This document shows positions 39,102 to 53,600 of a DNA stretch of 64,000 bases, piece after piece. Position 1 is the stretch's first letter, and each line of letters opens with the position of its first letter. The stretch lies in the NCBI GenBank assembly GCA_964035545.1, contig OZ037768.1:6976741-7040740 (forward strand), in the 5' to 3' direction. Made by a program: the position numbers and the translations under genes. Under the pieces are notes generated by a model. The model saw only the letters and a program-made list of their open reading frames with translations. It searched no databases and was not told the DNA's origin. The stretch is from Bugula neritina (lineage: Eukaryota > Animalia > Bryozoa).

Positions 39102-40338
39102 GCACGTAGCTGGTGTGTGTATAATGGTGTGGTTATATTATTAGTGCTAATATTGAACTTCAGGTAAAATATAAGTTTTTACTATGCACCTCGTTTATGT
39201 TAGCCAATGCCAACAAGGCTTATTACACCTGTTGAATAATGTTACATCTGTTACTGAATTATCAGCAGGATGAATCACCCATAACAACTAGCTGGTGTTT
39301 AGCTCTAAGAGTTCCAAATAGTACTGAAATAACATTCTTCTTCCACATTCTGCTGGTTTCCATTGTTACATTTTGGTTTTTCCAATTATTTGTTTCTCTC
39401 TCCTTCGCTTTAAAATCTTCCAAGAGGCCACCAAATATGAAAGTGATGGCAAAAATATTAGTGTAAATATTTTATTAATTTATATATTTCATCAGCTCTA
39501 ACATAGCACAAGCAACAACACAAAACCTCTAGTTAGCCCTTCTAGTTTACCAAGATCCTGTATAAGATTAAGTTTATATGATCATTTTAACTGCAATTAC
39601 AATGGAAGTTTGCTAAGATATGTGTATTTGTGAAGTATGTACTAGTTTTAAGTTCCCATTAAGCTGTAGCAACTTTCTGTTTGGCATGAAGCATCATACT
39701 GAACATATGTATATATAAACATAGCATAAATCTAGCTGATCACACTCATCACATTATGCACTGGAGTGGAAGTGAAGCAGTTAAAATTGAAAAATTTATG
39801 GAAAAGTCTTGATTTTTATTTGATTCATTGGAAGTGCATAGGCTGAATGGATATTCACATGAAATTAAGTGGAGCAATCCAATTAAATGGCTCATATTTA
39901 TATATTTCTGTAAGCAGGTCTACATTTGCTCCTCTGACTGAATGTTTAAACAGGTTATCTCTTGGAATCTTCACTAATTAGTGAATAACTGCCAATTGAA
40001 TATGTTCAGTACTCTTTATAATGCAGCAGCCTGTTATCCAGCAGGCATTAGACTGAGGATTAGATATTGCATAGCGGGAGAGGCACACCAAACCCCTAAT
40101 TTATTAGCCTCTAATTTTGCCCTCGCTAAAGGCTCATTATGAATGTAGTTCAACAATTAAGGTAGAGCATGGGCAGAATATACATTTTCTATATTCTAGC
40201 ATTTGCTGTATAACATAATTACAATTCAATGCTCTGCATGTTACTATGTTAATTCATGACAGCAGCAGTTGGTTATAGTATCTCAACGAAATCAGTGGGC
40301 TAATGCGTTTTCGATTCCTCTACTTCGGCCATTACTAG

Positions 40339-41531
40339 TTATTGGTAAATAAAGTAAACATGGAGGAAAATAAGCCACCAGACAGACAACTGGTCTGTCA
40401 ACAAGGTCTCAACCCTGTAGCGGGACAGGCTACTGGTGTAGCTACAGTAGCTATTCAATCTGGGCAAAGTAGGATTGTTATTGCAGTGTTACGTGTAAGT
40501 TGTCAATTAATGTTTGTGGAATACTTTTATTCTATATTTGCTATTTCCATTCCAAATTTTTGCAATTTTTTACTTTCTATTTTGACTCTATAACAATTGA
40601 ATGTTTTATGGTACTATTATATCACACTAGCTTACTCTTCACCATTTACCAATTAGGTGCATGAGTTAAGGAGCCTGCTTAACTATATCTTCTAGCAAAT
40701 CATGGTCTATATTTATAATATTATATTCACCACTGAAGCATTTTATCCAAAATTAAGCATTAATTCAAAATTAAGAATCTGAGTAACATTAAAATTGCTG
40801 GCTTTAGATTACAATTTCGTTTTCAATAGAATATGTGACTGTGTACATTTCTAAACAGGCCATTAGTAAACTCAATCATTCATTACCAGAGTTTATTTGC
40901 AGGCTGGTGATTGGGTTCAAGCACAAATAGACTCCATGGATCCACACATACTCACTATTGGGCTTACTCTGGAGGATGCCAAGAGGCTACGCAAGGAGCA
41001 CATGGAGTTGATGGATAAACTGCAGGTACATTTAATTTTCATCTCAAAGTAACCCTCTGTTCTTTTAACCTGTATGAGTTAGTTTTTTTATTGATTTGTA
41101 TATTATTTGTCTTGGAATATAATTTCGTTTCCAAATTCTTTGACAGCACCCACATCTTTCTCACTTTACTTTAACTACACTTCCATTGAGCTGTTATGTA
41201 ACTGTATTTAACACACCATCTGACAGTGTGAGCCAACTTATCCACAAAATCCCTACATAGTCAGCAGTTTTTGTTGACAGCACTTTAAAAAAATTTATTA
41301 CTATCTCTGGTGTACAAGGTTTTAAAAACCATAGCTCCGTGTACAACCACCTCAAAACTATACATCATATAACTACTTGCTGTATGTAAAGGAGACAACT
41401 CTTGTTCTGTCTGACAGCGCTGTAAAGCAATAGGATTCCACATGTTGGCAGCTGCTTGTGTAAAGTCTTTAAAAAATAGTTTGTAAAAAAACAATCTAAG
41501 ATTAAATAATTGTGACAAGCAATTAAATGCC

Positions 41532-41606
<75 letters not shown>

Positions 41607-44600
41607 ATGTATATATATAATGGCAGTTAATCATAATAGACAGTCATTGATCTCCCACCTGCAATATTATATTTAAAAATATCAAGAACTTTGCCCTCTG
41701 TAAATATACTAATAGAGGTGGCTTTAGTTACTTTCACTGTTGAGTCAGAATACAGACTGTAGCAGTCAGTCTATTAATATAATATGCAAAGGTCAAACAC
41801 AAAATCCTGCCATTGAGAAATATGTTACATTTGCTTCTTGAGATTAAGGAATATGAATTGTAACATTTCTGTTGAATAAGTTCTGTCTTTTACACTATAA
41901 ATTTTTATGCAATAAGTACTTCCTCGGTGGGCACATAACAATTTTTTATGATAATCAATTGTAAGCATAAATTGATTAAAATTTACAATAAGAGATGCAC
42001 ATGTGCAAATGTTTTTTTAATGCAGTTTTAGCTAGTTTGCTGTGTAACATTGCTAGTTTTTGTTGTTGTCTTCAATTTCTGTTGTTGGCTAAAATTTATA
42101 CAGAAAATTGAAGAACTTAGGCTATTGAAACTCTCCCACTATTGTATGTAAATGTCAACCATTTTCTTATTGTTTCAATCATTGTCAGCCACCGATATGC
42201 AACTCTTGTGCTGATATGTGCAAAATGAGGTGGTTTTTAGCTTTTTAAGTGTTACATTAGATAATAGGCTGTTTTGCCAGCTCTTTCACCATTATTAAAT
42301 GGCAGAGTGTCACATCACTGTGTAGTGTTGGGGGTATTCAGGCTGCATTATAGTGACATCAGAGTATCGCTGCTAAAATCATATCACTATATTACATACA
42401 ATTTTAACTTAAATAAAATTATTTCACATATCGATAATACACACTACATTCAAGTAACCTATAAGCTAAATATGCTCTCATAAGCTAAATATTATGCTCG
42501 TGGAATTATTTCATAATATGAATTATAAGTATACTTGAGCTATTACAAACATGCATGCAGAATTTTCTTGTTGCATTCCTGTTAGATTAATCTTAATTGC
42601 ATATTTGATGCCTGTGTTCCATAGATATGCCACAGGCCTGTAACTGCACTAAAGTCATACTATAGAGTGGGTTTCTGAAGTGTAGAGTCTAGGTTTAGCT
42701 GACTGCTGACTTGGTTGTTTGTTCAATTAGTTGAGTGGTTGAAATGGTTTTTCATTAATTAAGCTGCTTACTATTGCATCAGAGGGTTGAATAACTTTTA
42801 CTGATTCATGTTTAGTGAAAATAGGAGCACCAGTTGTGTAATAAATAACAGCCTCGCAATTATTTTATACTCCCATTGTAAACTGTTACTCATGTTGCCT
42901 GCAACTGTGGAATTATAACTTGTAAGAAGTTCATTCAAAAAATAGAACAGCAACTTTTAGGATTAATGATCAGTTGAAAAGTCTTGTGATATTTAAAAGC
43001 TGTATTTTTGGTTTAAAAATCGTGGTTTCTATGGTTGGGCAGCAAGTTTATAATTCAAGTGCACAGAAAACAGAAATAGATCACATATCTCAATAAAAAT
43101 TTAAATCTTTGTTATATAACTAATAATTTAGTGCTTGACTAAAAAAAACATTTACTTATTAGTAGTACTTGGGCATTCTACTAGTCCCAAGTGATTTGGT
43201 GATATCAACTGTAAAGCTATGTTTATAGAATTCTAATGTTTTGCTTTTAAGAATAATTTGCCAATAATATTTTGATAACTCCATTTGAATGCTTTAAAGC
43301 ACAAGTTATGGAGAAAGTACCCCCATTAGTAAAAATGTAGTTTGTTATAGTTCAGTGATAGCTTGTTTGTAAAACCCTTAATTATATTGTGATATTACTA
43401 TATATATTACTATATTATTACTATATTACTATATTATAATGCAATTATAATATATATATTAATTATATGATATATAATTATATAATATATAATTATATAA
43501 TATAATATATAATTATAATATATATTATTACTATATATTACTATATTACTATATATATATTATATCGTGATATTTCTAAGGAGCATATACAGTAATTTCT
43601 TGAGAAAATTAAAATTGTGTCGTATACTTTTTAAGCATATTGGGTGTTGTATTGAATACCATTCTATTTTTAGCCCAGTGGCCATACAACAACTCTATGG
43701 GTTTTTGTTTGCTTATACACAAACTGAAAGCACCATGAATGATTATCAATAAGAGTAGTCCACTATTAAGCACAAATTCATGTGTTTATTTTTATAAGGT
43801 TTGAATAATTGTCTAATCTATGGTAAATGCAGATAATTTTGCATAAAATGTTCTAAGAACCTTAAAGATTAAGTAGTTTACTGGACACTTTGCTTGTTAT
43901 TAATAGGCACATCTTATAAAAAATATTTTCTGCAAATGTTATTAAGGGTTATCTTCTTTTTCTCATGTACAGTGCCATAAGGTGATAGCAAAATTAAAGT
44001 TCAAAATATAGAGCTAACAAGTTTGTGGAACTATATCCCATAAAACAGCTAAATTACTCTTGGAAAAGTTGAACTTAGAAATTTCCATTCCATCAGCTAT
44101 GTGTCCTATCAGGTTAAAATAATTATTTACTTGACTCTAATTAGAATTTATTGGAAGTTGTCTATTCAATAGGTGATGTGAAGTTTTATAACTGCAAATA
44201 AAGTTTAGACTGCTTGTTAATAGGAGTTGCCTACCTCTACACTTTTATACACGAGTCAGAAATGAAACTCATTTGTAGAAAAATTAATGATCAATCTCAA
44301 GTTTTAAGTGCTAACTTGCATGAATATAATTAACACATATTATTTTTCACTGTTCTAAGTTACCACAGTATTTTAAAACTGGCAACAATATTATGGAATT
44401 AGACATTGGATAATTTTCTAGAAGGTTTCCAAGTATACAACTACTTGTATATTAATGGGATATGCAGCAGCAGTCTATATTTTTGTATAAGGAAACATTT
44501 TTACAATGAGAAAAGTTATTTCCATTTATAGGAATGCATTGAAATGAAATAAATTTAGTTTTGAGAGTTGTGTGAAATCTAGATTAACTTTCTCCCCACT

Positions 44601-47600
44601 TTTAGTTGTAAATACAAATTTAATTGGTCAAAATTTATTTTGAAACTGAACTGTTGCAAAACTATTCAAAATTGACATATGTGTTTTTCTATGTCATTTG
44701 TATTATTTTGATTGAATATTATATAATGTAGTCTGCATCTAACTGCAGCTATTAAAAGATGTACAGCTTTCATAAAATGTTGTTTTTCTAAAAGTTAGTA
44801 AGAGTTGCCTTCTTTTTCAAGGATAATTCAGCGATATTGTAATAATATATTATTATTGTATCAAGGTATCAAAATTCACTTTTTTATTTTTATATAACTG
44901 CAATTTCAACAGAAGCAATCATAAAACCAGGTTATCTATACTCTCAATTTCACAATACCTTTTAATAGTATAGAGTTTTTTAAAAGGTTCTTATCTGCAT
45001 TATTTTTTATATAATGATATAGTTACACAATGCCAATTTCCTGTACGAGTGATTTTGTGTTTGCATATAGTAAAATAGTTGTTGGTGGCTGCTTGTATTC
45101 TTTTCTTAAAAAGAAGACAAATCTCATTTTGAGCCATACAGTATATTGTAAATTTCTAATTTAGTTTGATTGATGAAACCAGCTGTTGTTTATTGGTTGT
45201 GTGCTAAAAATGCATTGTTTGGGTTATACAATAAAAACTTGTAGTTTGAAGTTGTATGCCCATAAAAATATGACTAATTGAAGATTTAAACTGTAAATGT
45301 TGAAGTGTTATTGAGAGAATGTTTTGCTTACTAGTAAGTAGCAGCTCATAAGTGAAACAATGTTACTGATTAATACATTAGAAGAAATGAGAAAATATAA
45401 GCATTTGATTAACATGAATGAAAAGTCATAAATGAACGAAGTGTCAGTTCTTGGTGATGGAAAATGTAAATGGCAACTTTCTTAAGCCTGAGTTGTCACG
45501 GAATTGCTTCCAACTATGTAGGTTGTGTAGCTGTAAACTCTTGAACTGGCGGTTTAGATAATGTCTAAGTAATTATATAAATGATTGAACATCTCCTAGC
45601 GTATACTGGCATTGTATAAAATAATTAACTGGTGTGAGCTATAGTCTTAGTATCATGCTCCTAATTAACAAACATTAAGTAGTTTTGCATTCAGAGACAG
45701 GAATTCCTTTACCTGCTACACTATTGCAAGCAGGCATCATCTTAATTAGTATACTTTGGTCAAAGCACCATTAACCACCTATTAATACTATTACTCTATA
45801 TTATCGCACTCTGCCAGCTTTCAGTGTGTATGTAGCTGGCCGTGGGTGATTATAACTAAACTCTTCTAGCTCCTGCTGCTTGCCGGCTATCTACCAGGTA
45901 TTTGTAGGTAAAGTATTTTCTCTTTTCTAGATAGCTGTAGTTTCAAATATTAAAGAGTAGTAAGTTTTATATTGCTTAAGTTTCATAGTGTTGAAGTTTG
46001 AGTATGTTTATACAGGTGCGTGCATGTTGTAAAGGGAAGGGGTATTGAAGTAGTAAACTTTTGATAAACTTACTGTAAGAAATGTTATGCTCTTTAACAA
46101 AAAATATTGAATACCAGTTAAAGCTAGTCATTTACTTACATAATATTTTATTCTATTCCAGTTGAACTACTAGTTTAGCAGAATCTTATGTCATTGACAG
46201 GTTTATAACAAGTTTTGTTATTCATATTTTAAGTAAAATAGTACTATTTAAAAAAAATATTGACAATTTTGGTTTTATCTCATTTTACATTATTATTATA
46301 GTGATGCTGTAAAATAATATAATGACAAAATTTTTCTAGTAAACCACGGGTGCTGTTACTATTATATGAATGTAATATTAAAAAGCATTGTTAATAACAT
46401 CTCCCTTAAACCAAATTCTGCCTGCATCTAAACATATTTATTTGATTTTCAATCTTGGCTCACAGTCAACACATTTTGTTTCTCACAAGTTTTTATCTGC
46501 TAAATACAACTTTCCTTCTGCAGTTGAAGCAGCAGTAATATTTTAAAGTAATAATTTAACAACACTTAAAAATAATAGTTTTTTTTAGTAAACTGTTGCT
46601 GTTATGTGAATATTATAATATGTAATGTAACATATAATATAGATATATAGTAATATTTATGCTGATTACAATTTTCTTAAACAGTTGAAGCAGCAGAGTG
46701 TGTTGGAGTTGCTGTCCCATGCTGACGCTGACGCTGTCAAGCAGTCACAGCAAAGACAAGTGCACTGTTCTATGTCAGAGACTGTAGCAGAAGCCTGGAA
46801 AGACTTGGGCTATGAGATGGATCTAAGACAAGAACTACTCGACCAAAATGTTACCTTTCTTGATGGTGCCAAACAGGTAAACTCAGCAATTTTATTAAAT
46901 CTCAATCTTTGTTATAATTACAAAACTTTTGAGTTTGACTAGTAAACTCAATAAGGTTATTAAATCTTAAGAAAGGAGACTGTCTTTGTAGTTACATAAC
47001 TTTGATATCAACTGTTGACTGGTAAAAACACAAAATCTGAGATCAGTAAAGCTGTTTATTGCCTGAACACGGGCTTTTGATGTGGAAGTGTTATTCATAG
47101 TTCCAACTAGAGAAATAATGATGCAAGATATACCTGTAGTGTAAGCTTCATGTTGCATAGAGTCTAGGGAGTAATTCACTGAGTCCCTGCTGTTGAAATT
47201 ACGTACATTTTTTCATGGAATATAATTTATACAAAGCCATTATTCTAATATAGGTTCATGAAGTTGCAAAGCACATAACAGTACTTGTGATATAAAAATC
47301 TGCCAAAATTACAAAATTATTGCAAAAGAATCACATGATTACATAACTTTGATGCTGTATTTTGTACAGCTGTTGCTGTAATCAAGAAGAGAATGAGATT
47401 ATCAAGTACAGCTTTATATTTGGTCCTTATACAGACAGTATGTTTACCACAAAAAAAGTGAAACATTTAACACAGTTTTGTTTTTAATAGTAGAACTCCA
47501 TTATTCCAAGTAATATAATAATTACAAAATTGCTATGCTATTGTATCTATTAATATGTATCATATTTTGTGAGTGGTGGTGAGTATTTGGTGAAAATGTT

Positions 47601-50600
47601 AAAAGTTTAACAACGGTTTTTGAATAAGTAAGACTTGTGTGTAGTAAGCATTGGGTTTACAGTTGGGAATAAGAAGGCTTGTGGGTGTCTAATATTCATG
47701 CAATATTTAGATGTATGCAGTGCTGCAATATACCTAAGAGCTAATACTATCTACCCAGGGTGCTTCTTAACTCTAGCGTTGTATGTTTATATAACTTTAC
47801 TGCCTCTAGCATTACGTACTATTCTAGTAATGTGTGTAAACAGGATCTTGCAATGTTATATAATGAGGAAACATTTAACACATTCCTATATATTTTACAT
47901 TTAAAAAAAGCGTTGTACTGTTAAAGGCAACTTGAAATGCTCCTTGATATTAGTTTGACTCTCTTCTAATGGTTTGGTGTTAAGAAGAGTGAATGAAAGA
48001 AAATGTTGAAAGAACTCCTGCATGACGTTATATAGCATCTATTAAGTCTCATAAAACCATTTGCTAACTGCTAAGTGCTGTATAATATCTAGCATTGTAT
48101 CAACTGCAGCAGGGGCTGTGTGTAGACTCCGTAGGTAATTATACGTACATATGTGTATGAGTCAAGATAAGTAAGATATGAACACCTCTTTCCATGATTA
48201 TATTTTGCTTGCTCTCCATTACCTTATAATATGATTGTATTTTTATAACATCGATTATAATACTGTACCTGATAAATAAGCATGTTGTTGATATGTAAAC
48301 ACATATTACAAAAGTAATTGTGTACACTTATAATAAAAGCTAATGCTGTAGATGTAGATAATGAACATTGTTATTCTATTTGTGCAAATGCAGTGTTTTT
48401 GTATAAAGGGATGTATAAAAAGAGAGTAGCTTAAATATAACAAATATATTTGAAGTGTATATAATGGGAAACATGCATCATACATTGTACACTTAATATA
48501 TGTTGTGTAATATATGTACAGCACATTACATCTTGTGCTATATATCCATCAGTCCTTCGATATTCTACCAGTGCTCTAGGTCTATGAATTTTTACACTAT
48601 GATAATCATCTGCTCTATTCTATACTCTTCAACTTTAGATAAAACACTACATTATGTGTATAGAAGGCATAATAATAATCAGAAAAAGTCTGAAAGCTGG
48701 TTTAAAAGAAAAAAATGGTTGTCTTGTAACCAGCTATAAACCAGGACAAAATTATAATTTGAGTCCACCATAGGGAAATAACTATATCTAGCTATACGTG
48801 CTATACATTCCATATAACTATAATAACTATACACATACACACTGCACTTATTTTACATAATCTCAGTCCTTTTTTGGAAGCTGCTCTATGTAAAATTCGT
48901 TCTTATGTTTGATATGCATTGAAGTTGTGTTTGCATAAGCATGGATTATCCTTATTGTTATACTGCAACGGGTGGATTGAGAAAGGGGGACTTATTACAT
49001 GAATGATGCAAAAATTAATTTTTTTTCTGATATTTCAAGAAGAATGTATTCTAAATTAATTTTTATTAAGTTAGTAATTTGTTTTTAGAAACTGTTTGGT
49101 TAGATTTGCTGTATAGAACTGTAGAATGTCTAGGAGTACCTTGTAACTAAACCCCCTACTTGACTAATGACTGTTAGTGACCTGCTACTGACTTACTGAG
49201 CAGCAGTTATCTACTGACTTACTCACCACTCAGCATCTGGATCAGCTGGACATATTTTAGTTGAATGCTGCATTATGTAATATTCTAGTACTTTAACTCT
49301 TAGTAGTAGGAACATGGCACATAGAATTGTGCATGAGGTGGGTGATAGTTATTTTGAAGATGAAATTTCAATTACTAATGTTTTTTTTCTTCAACATTTA
49401 TTTTAGGATTCTAATGTCAACATTTTCAATTTGATTAAATAAATTCAATTTGAAAAAAAATTATAATTTGTTTGGTAATTTTTATTAAATTGATGTATTT
49501 TTTAAGCTTGTGGACTTTGTTCAGCATTGACACATAAGAAGATTTTTTGGTGTCACTTTTGTATTGTAATATCATTTAACTTACTGTATACAATCAGCTA
49601 TATTTAGAATAACTTATTGTTTTAACTTATAGTGTATAAGTGTTACTTCAGCTTGATGTGTATATATGGGTAATCATAGTACATCAGCTAACATACACAC
49701 TGGTTTTATTTCACCACTATTAACCCAGAGTTGTCTTATTTTAGTTCTCGGAGAGAATGGAGGAAGCCACAACTCGATTCTCTCTGTCAACTGTTCCACG
49801 GACGGCTGATGAAGCTCGTAAAGAGATGACAATCCACCATGAAGAGAAGAAAGGTAACTTATGCTATAGTCTGCGTCATAATAAATATCTTCTGTTTTGG
49901 CTGTGTCCCTTGGGTTTGCGGAAAGGTTGTTATTTTCTGTTATTTCTTTCAACTCTATTATATTATTTTCAAATATTTTAAGAACTTATATGTAGGGATA
50001 TGTAGACTGCATTCTGGAAAGAGTAATACCACTATTTTCAAATAAGGAAAAATAGCTTGTAGTCTTCAATTTTTTGCAAACTGACTTCTACCAAGTAACA
50101 TGGCATATCGCAAGCTTTAAAAATACACCATGTAAAGAATATTATGACTCCACAACCTTGTTCTGATACATTTGTGTGTATATTTACTGATTACGCAATA
50201 TTGTACAGATATCCTGGAGAAGTCAATGCACACACTGTCCCAAGGTCAAACATTGCTCGACAGGATAAAGCAAACCAGTTTACACACCAAATCAACCACA
50301 CACGCCACCACGGCAGCCTGTTACGGCATTGAGAAAATGCTGGAGCGGTTACAAGACAGGCGGAGACTGCTGGAGCAAATGTGGTCACAGAGGAAGTCCT
50401 ACTTAGAGAAAGGCTTCCACCTCTGTCAGCTAGATCTCGAAATCAGCAAAGTATGTTGTCATTATTTTGATAAATTTGGGAATATAAAATTTAATATAAT
50501 AATAATAATCAGCTTTTGTTAAAGGTTCAGTATATATTATTTATCAACTATGTTTGAAAAGTTGGATCACTATTCTGATGATGGGATAGTTTAAAAGTGA

Positions 50601-53600
50601 CCAAATATAATTTAATTTTCAATAAATTGCTTTCATTAATTTCTATCAGTGAATGTCAACGTACATGTATATCATTACATTAGTTGGAATAGACACCAAA
50701 TTTACTACAGTATTACAATTCTATGAGCCTTGGTATAGCATTTTTCACTGAATATTTATTTGTGTTGCAGATATCAGATTGGTTTCACAACTCTGGCAAT
50801 ATATACCTGAGTAGGACGGAGCTTGGTGACAGCGCCGAGGCAGCTCAGTCTATAGCCTCAGAGCACGATATTTTTGAACAAGACTCAATGCGAATTCAAG
50901 GAGAGCTTCTCAAACTGGTTCGTACATCTGAGCAACTCTCTCACACGTCTAATATTGACATGGCGTCATTACGTAAGAGGTTACAAGGGGTTGATGAGCT
51001 CGCTCAAGACTTCATGCTACGAATGGACGCCAGACGAAAGAATATTGCTACAGCCATTAACTTCTATAGACTAGCTGCAAAGGTATTTGCGTAATATAAT
51101 ATACCATATGCGCATTACTCATATATGTATTCATTAGTTGTGTATAATTGACACTGACTGTGCATACTCATGCTAATAAATTCTGACTTACATAACAGTA
51201 CTTCCTGTCTGGAGAATCTCAGACTTATGCAATTGAGGAAAGCCTGTGTTCTAAATTAGAAATGTAGCAAAAGAAGTTATGTTCTCGTGAGAATTTCAAC
51301 CCGTGCCCCAAACCAAAGTTTATAAAGAAATTGAAAGAATTTAGGCTATCTCAATTTCTCCTCTACTGCTCCTAGATGTATGCAATGCCTGATGAGAGCT
51401 TAGCTACTCTTTATATTATTTTCAATAAATAATTTTTTCTACAGTTGAAAACATACATTCAAGGTTAATACCATTTTTTTCCCTTAGTTTAGATGTTCAG
51501 CTCTGCCTATTAGTGTCTCAACACTCTTATATAAACCTGGCTTTAGCACTAAGGCTAACATAGAGCACCAACTCTAATTTTATTTACTCTGCAGATTACA
51601 CACAAAGACGTGTATGTTATAGACTCAGGTTTCAATGTCTGCAAAAGGAGATTAGCTCCCCACTCACATTCATCACTCACTGGAAATATTTCATGATTTC
51701 AATTTGGGTTATTTTTAGAAAAATGCTCAGTTTTAGTGCTAATCAAATGCTGTTACTGCGTATACTACATTTCTAAGCTTATGCAATGAATTTTTCATTC
51801 GATGTTTGGAAACAGTTGCATCAATTAAACCCACAACCATAAGTTCATTCATAAGAGCAGTCATGGAAACGCAGTGACAATAGCAAGTATCTAATAACAC
51901 AGGGCGATACACAACAACCCCCAGTGATAGATCTTGGTGATTATATGTAACTGTCTGTAGAAGACATATTGTATCGTATCCATAGGCACACTCAGATTTA
52001 GAAGTGTTGGAATCAGAACTGAGAAAGTGCCAAGTGACTGGTTCACCCATAGCCCCAGAGAAACTAATGTCTTTAACAGAAAGGCTGTCCCAGACCACCA
52101 CCCCACCTCTCAGAGAAGGACACCTCCTTCTTGACAGGGTGGGCAGAGATGACAGGGGAGCCAATGGCATTGTTATTCAGGTGCTCTACTCACTTGTTGC
52201 AGTTCTTTGGAAAGTGTAAAATTGTTTGAACTTGATTGATTTTAGTCCTAAATTTATTCAGCTCTTTATTGTGTTGTAACATTTTATTCTCCATGCAGTT
52301 GAAGGAACTAGAATCTAGACACAAATCTTTCGACAATCAACTTCGTATGGAAATAGGCAAGATAAGTGAAAGAAGTGAATCCTATCATAAATTTCGCGAG
52401 ACCTACTCATTTGTAAGTATTCGGAGTCGTTTCCTCCGCTATGCGCCCCTTACCATGTGTTACTATATGTTTCTTAAGATTTCATGTTCAATTGGGTGCA
52501 ATTTGACTATCTCAAATAAGGCTAACAATGTGTCAAAAGTGAATATCAAGTTTTAAATTTTTCCTTTCGATGAACCCAAAAGTGTTATTGTGCGATGCTG
52601 CAGTACATGTCATTTATAATTTTATCGACATATTTTGGTTTTAATCATTTTACTACGTATTTTTTACTGACTGGTGTACTGTAATGGTGTGGTATTACAA
52701 ACTGTGTACTTTTACTACAGATGTATATGCACAATCTAAGAGAATTAGACTTAGAACTTTAGAGATTTGGAGGTTATTTATACTTATATGTTATGATTAT
52801 ATGATAATATGATATCTATGACTGATTTAGATGAACTCTTGGCTGAACCAAATTGCAGAGACTGCAATACGTGACAACAACTCTCTTGGTGCCGATCTTA
52901 GATCAGCCAAGGATTTCCAGAGCACCTTTGAGCAGCTAGCCGAAGACATGAAGGTAAATTGATTTTCTAAATCTAAAATAGCTAATTAACTAAATCATTC
53001 GTGAGTAAGGTTGATGTTGGTATTTTCTACCTGCCAATGTCTTTGATGGTAGCTTGTTGCTTCTTCTTGCTCTTTGCTAAAACGTGAACATAATACAGAA
53101 AGATAATAATTATTGTCAAAATTTTAAATTTACTCTACAAAGTACATTGTGTTTATTATTAACATTATTTGACACCAAGTGTCATTATATGACATGAAAT
53201 ATGCTAAAGTAATAAACCTTGTCAGATCTCAATACTTTTGCAAAAATTAGATTTAAATTTAGTTAATTTCAATGCATAACAAAGAATATATTAACAAACA
53301 TTGACAAACAAGTTAGGTGTTGTGGCTTCCAGCTAGTCAAGGCACCAGGTTCTAGGAAAGTATATATTCACTTACTAGATAACAGCTCTTACCGAAGTTA
53401 GATTGTTGTGTAGTATATATCCCTTTTTGTACTTATTGCATAGTGCAACCACATTTGGCGTACTTCAGGTCAAGGAAAGCAAGGTTGGCCTTCTGCATGA
53501 AACTGCCAATCAGTTGACTACTGAAGGAGACTCCACTTCACCACAAGTCCAGCAGGCGACCAATGAGCTCTCAAAAAAGTGGAATAATATACTTGGAATT

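Noticed and set aside
43663-43672. MEF2-like site CTATTTTTAG (and an X-box-like GTTGCCATGG near 55543)
   Set aside because: Short motifs expected by chance in AT-rich DNA; no independent support.
47635-48739. Cluster of short hydrophobic ORFs in a long intron as a nested gene or transposase
   Set aside because: AT-rich codon noise; no consistent splice phases or recognisable motifs.
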